IMG/VR virus record: IMGVR_UViG_3300042090_002370
Location: 32,001 to 96,000 of that record
Strand: one strand, 5' to 3'
Length of the DNA: 64,000 bases
Source: a virus
Of the stretch, positions 9,594-17,334 are shown piece by piece (the stretch's first letter is position 1; each line of letters opens with the position of its first letter). Under the pieces are notes generated by a model, which was given only the letters and a program-made list of their open reading frames with translations, was not told the origin of the DNA and did not search any database. A program made the position numbers and the translations under genes.

Positions 9594-12500
9594 ATGGCAC
9601 TCTTTCACAGGCTCAGCGTTCCATCATACTTTGGTGGCCTCCCTGCAGGTTACGACTATGTGAACAACGCCATCTCCGGTACGCCTGCGCCTGCTTCCGG
9701 TCAGCAAGGTGCAGGGCCGAATGCTGGTTCCTACTTCATTACATTCGGTGAGGATGCGACGGCTAATGATGCCAACCGTCCGGCGCAGGCGTTGGCAACG
9801 AACACGGATTACCTCGACGACATCCTGCGCACAGATCTCGTTCAGATCATCCGCTCGAGCGACAGTACTGTATCGGGCTCTCCGCTGACGAGCGTCACTA
9901 TTACAGGCAGTAACAACATTTGGCTCGGCAGCGGCGGGTACGCTTTGCAGGACCTCTTCCACGTCGTTGACTCAACCGAGCGCGAGATTGAGGTCAGTGG
10001 TACCAGGGTGGTTGTCTCGGCGATTGCTTCTGGGGGCACGCTAGGTGGTGGCTTCGCGACCGGCAACGTCACGCTCACACTGAATGTCGGCATTCCGGTT
10101 GGCGTCACCTGGCACATCTACTACTGCCAGAGAACGAACCTTGCCTCGATTCCGATTGACGCGCTCACGCTCCCCTTCCTGCGAAACCAAGATAGCGTCG
10201 ACGGCAGTGTCGTAGATTTCGTGGCGCAGATCTCTGCACCAGGCGTGCTGGGCAGCCCCGTTACTGCGCTCGAGGCCTATACCTACTCCACGCCTTACAG
10301 CCGTCTCGCAGCCACTGGCACGATGACGTTCAGCTGCGACCCGACAGACTCTGGCGCGACAGTTCGGCATTTCTACTTCGTCACGCGTGGGCAGACGGTC
10401 AACAGAGACATCTTCGATATCTGGGATGACCCTACGTCTAGCGCTGTTGGCGCTGGTCTGACTGGGCGCATACGCGGCGATGTTGGTGTTGCCTACTCTA
10501 GCTTGGGCACGTTGCCGCTACAGGATGCGAACATTGTCTCTGGGCTCGGTGCCGGGATGAATGCGTTCTGGCCGCTTACAAGTTCGACAACGGTCAGCGG
10601 CGATCAGTACCCGCGTCTTTTTGAAAAGGTGGTCACGGACGCTGCGTTTGGTAATGCGACGCCGCCCTCCATTCTGCGTTACGTGAATGGTCGCTGGTGC
10701 TGCACCGTGGGTGACGGTACGAACTCGTTCGGTGACTTCAGCGGTGCTGCCTCTTTGGAAGCAGCGCTGGCCTACGCTGCGGCAGCCGGCGTGACGAATC
10801 TGCACATCCAGATGAAGCTCGGTACCTTTACGGTGAGCTCATCGCACACGTTCGCTGGCGAGGTCGTTCTAGAGGGGCACTCCTCCGGGCAGACGGTCAT
10901 TCAGACACACGTAACTGCGTCCAGCCCCGTCTTCACAACGACGTTTGGGCTGATCCTGAAACACCTGAGCATCGTGTACGCAACAGGTGCTGGCTGCGCG
11001 GTGGTTGTTACTGGTGCTACTGCGTTCCTAGAGGATGTGGGCCTGTACGGCATTCCGCTGCAGCTCGTCAACGGTGTTTCGACCTACGGTCAGACCCTTC
11101 TCTGCAGAGACTGTTACTTCCAGCCGTCTGTGGCTAACTCCCCGACGAGTACCTACAGCGTTCTGATTACAGTCAACGATGGCGTCACGCACGCTGGGTA
11201 CCAGTTCTATGGATGCACGTGGCTCTGTGCGGATGAGACTGGGCCTGTTCAGATCACGGCCTTTGGCGCAACGCTAGCAACCACCGTAGAAGGGGTTCTC
11301 TTCAGAGACTGCTACTACACGTTGGGTGGTACGGCGACGACGAGCTCGCACCTGACTACGAACACTGGCGTCCTTTACGTCAATCCGGCTGGTACTAACC
11401 TCCTGCTGAACATCACGGATGTCACGTGGGAAGACTGCTATCCGTCTGGGAACAATACGTCCTCTACGAACGGTGTACTGGCTAGGATTCATCCCATTGG
11501 CACCGGCGATAACAGTACCAGTCACAAGGCCGTCGTGGGCGCGGTTGTTATCAGGGGTGGTATCTGGACTGCTAATGCCTGCTCAGGCGCCGGCAGCATC
11601 ATCTCGCAGTTACTCATTGCCGCGCAGACCATCACCGTCGCCGACGTTATATTCAACGCGAACAGCCAGCCGTATGGTGGCGGACCGAGCAGCGAAGACC
11701 AGTACATCATTGACGGTGTCTCGCACTCTGTGCAGGACTGGCATCAGTTCATCTTCGCGCCGGGTGGGCAGTCCGTCCTTTCGCCTTTGAACGGGACGAC
11801 TGTGCTTGCGATGCGTAACGTGCAGTTCCAGAACTTCGTTGCAGGATCGAGCTCCGGTGACATCTGGTTCTATTTAGGCGGTAGGGTAGACATCGACGGC
11901 GTGTTCTTGTCAGGGTACCAGTCCTCTACGGGCACGTTGCCCAACGCGCGCGTACGAGTGACGCCCAATGCAACGTCAGGTAGCTTCAAGGGGCTTTCAC
12001 TGCACGGCGCCTCTGCTGGTACTGGGACATTCACGAACTACAGTAACCGCGGCCTGGCTGCGTTCGTTCTACTTGAGCCCAGCCCGGTGTCTGTTACGCA
12101 GGCATTGCTGCTCTCCGGTTTGATCTTGGAGAACTTCACCTACTCCGGGTCGAACTATGACGACGGTATCGTTATGGTCAATCCAGCAACCGGAACGTTC
12201 TCGTGGCGGTACTGGATTGACCAAGCGAAGGTATCTGGCGTCTGGAACGGCTTTGCGATGTACGGACAAGATGTCGGCAGCCAGGGCGGGAACAACACGC
12301 CGCTCGCCAACTTTCGGATTACCGACAGCGAGTTCAGCGAGAATTTCAACTACGGCATCCTGCTGAACCCCGATGAGCTGACGTCTGTACAGCTTGAGGG
12401 GAACAGCATGGCCATCAATGGCCTGTATGGGCTGTACTTCATTCCGCACACCTGGACTAACGGCGTAGTGACCTTTACGGACAACTACATGTTGGAGAAC

Positions 12501-12788
12501 AACGCCAATAACGCGCAGGCGTTCTTTGCGTCTACTCAGGCTGGCGCATCCCCTCACATGACCATACGCGATAACGTTGCGCTAGGTAACTTGGGCGCGC
12601 TTGCATCGATCAAGGTGCAGTTCCAGAGTTCTGGCGCATTGCCGAGTACCGGTGTGCCAGGCAACCTAAGCAACTTCTTCATCTTCGGGGTGCACACCGG
12701 CATCTCTAGTCTTGGCGTGCCCACGCCGCTGTCCTATACGAGTACGTCTGCGATGATGGAGAACATGGCGCTGCTTCTGACGCCATGA
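9594..12788 (+). CDS. Tail spike / receptor-binding protein with probable parallel beta-helix
   Basis: GAGG RBS. Capping helix SLEAALAYAAAAG followed by beta-helix-like repeats (ITDSEFSENFNYGILL, LEGNSMAINGLYGLY, FTDNYMLEN). Confidence 0.65.
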   Translation: MALFHRLSVPSYFGGLPAGYDYVNNAISGTPAPASGQQGAGPNAGSYFITFGEDATANDANRPAQALATNTDYLDDILRTDLVQIIRSSDSTVSGSPLTSVTITGSNNIWLGSGGYALQDLFHVVDSTEREIEVSGTRVVVSAIASGGTLGGGFATGNVTLTLNVGIPVGVTWHIYYCQRTNLASIPIDALTLPFLRNQDSVDGSVVDFVAQISAPGVLGSPVTALEAYTYSTPYSRLAATGTMTFSCDPTDSGATVRHFYFVTRGQTVNRDIFDIWDDPTSSAVGAGLTGRIRGDVGVAYSSLGTLPLQDANIVSGLGAGMNAFWPLTSSTTVSGDQYPRLFEKVVTDAAFGNATPPSILRYVNGRWCCTVGDGTNSFGDFSGAASLEAALAYAAAAGVTNLHIQMKLGTFTVSSSHTFAGEVVLEGHSSGQTVIQTHVTASSPVFTTTFGLILKHLSIVYATGAGCAVVVTGATAFLEDVGLYGIPLQLVNGVSTYGQTLLCRDCYFQPSVANSPTSTYSVLITVNDGVTHAGYQFYGCTWLCADETGPVQITAFGATLATTVEGVLFRDCYYTLGGTATTSSHLTTNTGVLYVNPAGTNLLLNITDVTWEDCYPSGNNTSSTNGVLARIHPIGTGDNSTSHKAVVGAVVIRGGIWTANACSGAGSIISQLLIAAQTITVADVIFNANSQPYGGGPSSEDQYIIDGVSHSVQDWHQFIFAPGGQSVLSPLNGTTVLAMRNVQFQNFVAGSSSGDIWFYLGGRVDIDGVFLSGYQSSTGTLPNARVRVTPNATSGSFKGLSLHGASAGTGTFTNYSNRGLAAFVLLEPSPVSVTQALLLSGLILENFTYSGSNYDDGIVMVNPATGTFSWRYWIDQAKVSGVWNGFAMYGQDVGSQGGNNTPLANFRITDSEFSENFNYGILLNPDELTSVQLEGNSMAINGLYGLYFIPHTWTNGVVTFTDNYMLENNANNAQAFFASTQAGASPHMTIRDNVALGNLGALASIKVQFQSSGALPSTGVPGNLSNFFIFGVHTGISSLGVPTPLSYTSTSAMMENMALLLTP

Positions 12789-12789
12789 G

Positions 12790-12831
12790 TAGCTAGGAAA
12801 AAGAGCGCCGGGGTTGCCTGCCCCTACGCTC
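12790..12831 (-). terminator. Terminator T1: hairpin + TTTTTCC + TAGCTA
   Basis: GAGCG/CGCTC and GGGG/CCCC stem, then a U-tract and TAGCTA on the minus strand, 12 nt after the stop of 12844..13584. Confidence 0.65.
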
Positions 12832-12843
12832 GATTACCTAAGA

Positions 12844-13584
12844 CTACGGAACGGTCGTAGTCCATGTGCCACCCCAAGCGCCTTCGCAGTTCGACTGGTC
12901 TTGGTCGAGCGTGAGCTGCCCACTTGCCGCAGTGCTCGGAAAGCATGCCTCCGTCGTCTCTCCGCCAAATGGGATCTTGCAGCATCCGCCGAGGTCTAGC
13001 CCCTGACAAGATGGCGCTGGAGCCGCGCAGCCTACCGTGCCGCCAGACACTCCATTGCATCCACAATCGGCCGCGTTCAAACCTACTGCGTAGTCACACG
13101 CGTCGACCTGATTCACCGTACCTGTCCCGGCAACATAGCTTCCTGAGAAAGCCGGCCCAGGTCCGTTAGGCGCTGCGGTAGGGGGCCACGTAGGCGTTTC
13201 GGCAAGAACAAAGTCGGTGGGGTCTAGTACTGTGACAACGTATCGACCGTTCGCTGCAGGTACACCTTGTACGCCGTTTACAGTAATGCTCTGACCGGTG
13301 ACCGCCCCTGATGCCGTGGCCGTTTTGATCTGAATAAGCCCACCAGTGTAGCTCTGCACATTGACCACACTTGTTAGCGGGTTCCCCCAGTAGACACATG
13401 CCTGCCCTACTGGTGGGGTGTTTCCATTCAATGCCTGCTCAGGCGGTAATGGTGGAAGCGGGGCATACGGCGGCACGACGACGTCGTCCCTGCCCTCAGC
13501 CACAGGCGGCAGTTCGGCCGTGCAGTTGGGCAGAAGAAGAAGAAGTGCGACAAGCGACGAATACAGCGAGAGTGCTCTTTTCAT
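12844..13584 (-). CDS. Secreted / putative lipoprotein, Cys-rich
   Basis: Likely start MKRALSLYSSLVALLLLLPNC (GGAGG RBS): basic N-terminus, hydrophobic core, Cys at position 21. Pro-rich linker and Cys-rich C-terminal domain. Confidence 0.65.
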   Translation of the reverse strand: MKRALSLYSSLVALLLLLPNCTAELPPVAEGRDDVVVPPYAPLPPLPPEQALNGNTPPVGQACVYWGNPLTSVVNVQSYTGGLIQIKTATASGAVTGQSITVNGVQGVPAANGRYVVTVLDPTDFVLAETPTWPPTAAPNGPGPAFSGSYVAGTGTVNQVDACDYAVGLNAADCGCNGVSGGTVGCAAPAPSCQGLDLGGCCKIPFGGETTEACFPSTAASGQLTLDQDQSNCEGAWGGTWTTTVP

Positions 13585-13603
13585 GATGGGTTCCTCCACT
13601 ACT

Positions 13604-13612
13604 CTTATCCCC
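13604..13612 (-). promoter_or_regulatory. Phage-specific promoter motif P1 (GGGGATAAG)
   Basis: One of 7 intergenic copies of SGGRATAAG; followed after 6 nt by GGAGG and then ATG 13584. Confidence 0.75.
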
Positions 13613-13675
13613 GAAATGTGCAAAAACTTGCCTGGATGTAGGTCGCTAGGCTCCTTCGTTTCTTCTAGCGTCACG

Positions 13676-13684
13676 TGGTAACCT
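13676..13684 (+). promoter_or_regulatory. Extended -10 promoter (TGgTAACCT), leaderless
   Basis: TGn-TAACCT lies 8 nt upstream of ATG 13693; no SD. Confidence 0.5.
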
Positions 13685-13692
13685 TCCAGGCT

Positions 13693-14103
13693 ATGCCGCT
13701 GAACTCGCTGGACCAGATTCTAACCGTTCCAACGCTGTGCCTCATCATCGTTTTGGCCGTGATGACGCTGCTCCTGCGGAGATTGGCAGAGGCTGTCTGG
13801 CCAGTCCTTTCTTCTACGACGCCGCTGACGACCGCTCAGCGTGTCTGGGAAGAGTTCGTACTGCCGACCATCCCGGCGGCTATGGGTACGCTGTTCTGCT
13901 CGTTCGTGCCGATGAGCATGTACCCCTATCCAGCTGTAGCATCCGTAACGACGCTCTCCAGGATTCTCTACGGTTTCTCTCTTGGTTGGTTTTCTTCAGG
14001 CGGGTACCGTGGTATCTCCGCTGTCCTCAAGAAGAAGTGGAATATTAGCCTGCCTGGTGATACGGACCCGCCGCCGCGCTTGAACGGCACCGGCGGCCAC
14101 TAG
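13693..14103 (+). CDS. Holin-like membrane protein
   Basis: About 136 aa, three hydrophobic segments, basic C-terminal LKKKW. Confidence 0.5.
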   Translation: MPLNSLDQILTVPTLCLIIVLAVMTLLLRRLAEAVWPVLSSTTPLTTAQRVWEEFVLPTIPAAMGTLFCSFVPMSMYPYPAVASVTTLSRILYGFSLGWFSSGGYRGISAVLKKKWNISLPGDTDPPPRLNGTGGH

Positions 14104-14121
14104 AAACTTTCGTCGTAGGTT

Positions 14122-14130
14122 GGGAATAAG
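14122..14130 (+). promoter_or_regulatory. Phage-specific promoter motif P2 (GGGAATAAG)
   Basis: SGGRATAAG copy 34 nt upstream of the thyX ATG (14165). Confidence 0.75.
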
Positions 14131-14164
14131 ACCTGCGCACTCTCTAGTGCGAGGAGGCTTTCTC

Positions 14165-15076
14165 ATGCGCAAAGACGTCACCATTCTCACAGGCGACCCC
14201 ACCATCGAGCTCATCGCCGCGATGAAGCTATTGCCTATCGGCATCGAGGCCATGATGGACTGGGTTCGCGTCCACCGGCCAGAGTGTCTGCCGGACGACC
14301 CCGAGGATCAGAGCTGGCGTTCGCTCTTCCCGCACGACCTCGAGGAGGCCACGGCGAATGCGAACGACTCCATGGTCGTGCAGAAGCGGCCGCTCACCGA
14401 CAACGAGCTCCTCGTCGAGCTCGCCGGCAGGAAGTGTTACGACTCCTTCGGGAAGAAGGCCGGCAAGAAGTCCAACAGCGAGTACATCAAAAACACGCAG
14501 CAGGGCGACATCCCGCACGCCAGCATCCTCTACCACGCCAAGCTCAGCTTCTTCTTCGCCGGCATCTCCCGCCGGGTTAGCCACGAGCTCATCAGAAACT
14601 ATGTGGGCGCCGACCGTGATGAGGAGGGAGCTCCGTCGCAGGAATCCACGCGCTTCACGCACCACTACGGGTTCTTTATCTGCCCACCGCGTTATCTCGG
14701 CTCTGACGCCTTCTGGGATGCTGCCGCTGCCTCTGGCGTACGCCAGCACTTCGAGCAGTCCATGCAGTTGGCGTACGACAACTACCTCAAGGCCGTGGAG
14801 CTCGAGGTGAAGGAGTTTGAGTTACGGTATGGCAAGCCACCCACCAGCATCGACAAGAAGCGCATCTACGAGGCCGCCTCGAGCTTCCTGCCGCACCAGG
14901 CCGAGACCAGCTTCATCTGGACCACGAACCCAGCAGCCATCGCGAAGCTGGTACGTGAACGGGCGAACAACGCCGCCGACCTAGAAATACAGCGTTTCGC
15001 TCGGAAGCTTCGGCGCGTTGCAGTCGACTACTGCCCCAATTTATTTCCGCAAGTTTGGATGCAATCAACGGATTAG
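14165..15076 (+). CDS. thyX: Flavin-dependent thymidylate synthase (ThyX family), variant motif
   Basis: AGRKCY, HASILYH, GISRRVSHELIR, SQESTRF and AADLEIQRFA motifs. GAGGAGG RBS before ATG 14165. Confidence 0.8.
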   Translation: MRKDVTILTGDPTIELIAAMKLLPIGIEAMMDWVRVHRPECLPDDPEDQSWRSLFPHDLEEATANANDSMVVQKRPLTDNELLVELAGRKCYDSFGKKAGKKSNSEYIKNTQQGDIPHASILYHAKLSFFFAGISRRVSHELIRNYVGADRDEEGAPSQESTRFTHHYGFFICPPRYLGSDAFWDAAAASGVRQHFEQSMQLAYDNYLKAVELEVKEFELRYGKPPTSIDKKRIYEAASSFLPHQAETSFIWTTNPAAIAKLVRERANNAADLEIQRFARKLRRVAVDYCPNLFPQVWMQSTD

Positions 15077-15117
15077 CTGATTGGATAGACCTTGTAACAA
15101 AGAAAGAGGAGTAGAAC

Positions 15118-15423
15118 ATGGCGGCGGAACCCTCTAAGGCGGAACAACCGGTTATTGGAGTACGTCCTGTAGTGCAGGACAAGGCCCTCAACGGGGCTGC
15201 AGCAGCCAAGCCGGACGCCTTCGCCCCTCTGCGGGAGTTTGTCGAGCAGATGGTGAAGGACGCACGTGAGGAGGGGCGCAAAGCTGGCGTGGTTGAAGGT
15301 CGTGTGTTGGGCTTGCGACGGGCCTGTACGCTACTAGGCATTGCGATGAGCAAGCTCTCAGTGGATGACAGGAACAAGCTCGCCGGCGCACTCGAGGACG
15401 TTGAGCACGAGCTCGTAAAGTAG
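15118..15423 (+). CDS. Hypothetical protein
   Basis: Strong GAGGAG RBS; 101 aa helical ORF between thyX and terminator T2. Confidence 0.7.
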   Translation: MAAEPSKAEQPVIGVRPVVQDKALNGAAAAKPDAFAPLREFVEQMVKDAREEGRKAGVVEGRVLGLRRACTLLGIAMSKLSVDDRNKLAGALEDVEHELVK

Positions 15424-15465
15424 AAGAGGTGGGCCCGCGAGGGCCGGGCCCCCTTCTTTTAGCTA
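15422..15465 (+). terminator. Terminator T2: hairpin + TTCTTT + TAGCTA
   Basis: GGGCCCG/CGGGCCC stem followed by CCTTCTTTTAGCTA. Confidence 0.8.
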
Positions 15466-15489
15466 CGTGTTGGATGCATACTGTTCTTC

Positions 15490-15876
15490 ATGCTGGCCGT
15501 CAGCACCAACACGCGCAACGTCGAGGTTATGGCCACGACGGCCAGTATGAATGGCGGGTATCTGCGCGTGTACGGAGCCCCACGGCCGCCTGCACCGGAG
15601 GTTGCCGTAACCTCTCAAGTGCTGTTCGTGGAGTTGCGTTTCGCCACTTCCGCATTCGCGCCTCCGGTAAATGGTGTAGCTCAGGTGACTACAATCCCAG
15701 CTGGGGCCATCCTCGCAAGCGGCATGCCTACATGGTTTCGGGCATTTGCCGAAGACGGGGTTACAGCTATCCTAGACGGTGACATTGGTGAGGACCTCGA
15801 TCTAAGTCAGTCTCGCATCATCTCCGGCGGCACCTTTTCCGTGGTCTCTCTCGTGTACTACATCCCCAACCCCTAA
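15490..15876 (+). CDS. Small virion structural protein
   Basis: LRVYG...P, SGMPTWFR...ILDGDIG pattern seen in phage tail-associated proteins; -10-like box immediately upstream. Confidence 0.55.
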   Translation: MLAVSTNTRNVEVMATTASMNGGYLRVYGAPRPPAPEVAVTSQVLFVELRFATSAFAPPVNGVAQVTTIPAGAILASGMPTWFRAFAEDGVTAILDGDIGEDLDLSQSRIISGGTFSVVSLVYYIPNP

Positions 15877-15910
15877 GCCACGTTCGGCGTTCCCAGACGC
15901 TGCCGCAACC

Positions 15911-15919
15911 TGATAGGCT
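15911..15919 (+). promoter_or_regulatory. Extended -10 promoter (TGaTAGGCT), leaderless
   Basis: TGn-TAGGCT lies 6 nt upstream of ATG 15926; no SD. Confidence 0.55.
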
Positions 15920-15925
15920 AAGCGC

Positions 15926-16231
15926 ATGCACCAGCTCCCTCTGACGTTAACGGTTCGTTCGGTGAGGGTCACTGACCAGGGCGTCGACTTTGCGTGCGTC
16001 GTAGAAGACGCCAAGGGCGAAAGCGTTCGCTTCGTTCCGATGACTACCGGCCCTGTTTCTGCTGCCGAGGCGTTCGCTATTCTGCAGGGGCATGCAGACA
16101 CGCTGGCAAAAGATCTTCTACGTCAAGGTAAGGCGCAGTTGGTTGAAGTCAGCCAGAGTGAAGAAGAGAGGGTCAAAGCTCTCGAGGCCATGGTTGGGCT
16201 TCATTTCGAAGGAAGCACGGTGCGCGTATGA
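15926..16231 (+). CDS. Hypothetical protein
   Basis: 101-aa ORF coupled (ATGA) to the next gene. Confidence 0.65.
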   Translation: MHQLPLTLTVRSVRVTDQGVDFACVVEDAKGESVRFVPMTTGPVSAAEAFAILQGHADTLAKDLLRQGKAQLVEVSQSEEERVKALEAMVGLHFEGSTVRV

Positions 16232-17289
16232 GCAATCAGCTTTTCGGTATCGCGAAGCAGCGCCTTGTCGACGCAGGCATGCCGCGGATCTACATCTCAC
16301 GCCGCGTTCTCGCTGAGCTCAACGACTTCGAGGAGTCCAGGGCGCGCAAGAAGTCGTTCGTGCGTAGGGAGCGTGAGTTTCGGGCCTGCGGCATGTCCGC
16401 TAGGTTGTTCGATACTGGGCGCAACGCTTTCAATACGAAGGCTATCTCGTGGACAGGTGATACGCAGAAGGCGCTCTTGCTCGACATGAGCGCTACTGGC
16501 ACCTACGTGAAGGTCATCTCAACGGTCTCCAACGCGAGCCCAGCGGTGTACACCACGACAGTGGCACACGGGTTCTCTACTGGCGACGTCGTTGTGGTAA
16601 CCGGCGTGCTGGGTAACCTGTCAACGAACCAGACTGGGCTTGTGACGAGCCCGAGCGGCTCCACGTTCTCCATGACGACCCTCGAGGGTCAGACCATCGC
16701 TGGGTCAGCTGCGTACACCTCTGGTGGGTACTGCATCGACCTGACGCAGGCACAGTTCGTTTCCGGTATTCTCGGCAACCGTGTCGGCACAGATCAGACT
16801 CTTGCGGGTACGACGAGCTCCAAGGGCGTCGCAAACGCAACCACGCCCATCACCTGGCCCACAGTTCCTTCTGGCAACCCTGCGCAGGCGGTTGTCTTCT
16901 ACGACGCAGCTGGCGGCTCAGACGCCACCAACCAGATCATCGGCTGGCAGGATGGGAAGATCCGCGTCATCACGGTCGGGGATACGCCGCTTTCATCGAC
17001 GTCCATGAAGGTACAGCCGCTTCGAGCTCAGCTCTGGGACGGGTCGACAGGCTCCGCGCCTGTGCTCTGGTTCTCCAACGGGTTCTCTGCCACGCTCAAC
17101 GCCGCTGCTGCACAGGGCGCAGACTCCCTCACCGTGACGTCAACCGGACACGACATCCCTGACCTTCAGACGGCAGACGTCATCGCATTTGGAGCGGGTC
17201 TACCCGTTACCCCGTCCGGCGGTAACATCGCGTTCAACATCGGTTCTATCTACGCTCCGCTCACGCCGACTGGAATCTACGAGTTGTAG
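16228..17289 (+). CDS. Virion structural protein (tail-associated)
   Basis: MSARLFDTGRNAF...ISWTGDTQKALLLD N-terminal family motif; AHGFSTGDVVVVTGV beta module. Alternative start at 16393. Confidence 0.6.
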   Translation: MSNQLFGIAKQRLVDAGMPRIYISRRVLAELNDFEESRARKKSFVRREREFRACGMSARLFDTGRNAFNTKAISWTGDTQKALLLDMSATGTYVKVISTVSNASPAVYTTTVAHGFSTGDVVVVTGVLGNLSTNQTGLVTSPSGSTFSMTTLEGQTIAGSAAYTSGGYCIDLTQAQFVSGILGNRVGTDQTLAGTTSSKGVANATTPITWPTVPSGNPAQAVVFYDAAGGSDATNQIIGWQDGKIRVITVGDTPLSSTSMKVQPLRAQLWDGSTGSAPVLWFSNGFSATLNAAAAQGADSLTVTSTGHDIPDLQTADVIAFGAGLPVTPSGGNIAFNIGSIYAPLTPTGIYEL

Positions 17290-17334
17290 AAGCGTGGCGC
17301 GTCGCTGGCGGCGTGCCAGGCTTAGTGACCGCCT

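Noticed and set aside
14136-14151. Small hairpin CGCACT/AGTGCG before the thyX RBS as a regulatory element
   Set aside because: Only 6 bp and a single instance; cannot be distinguished from chance.
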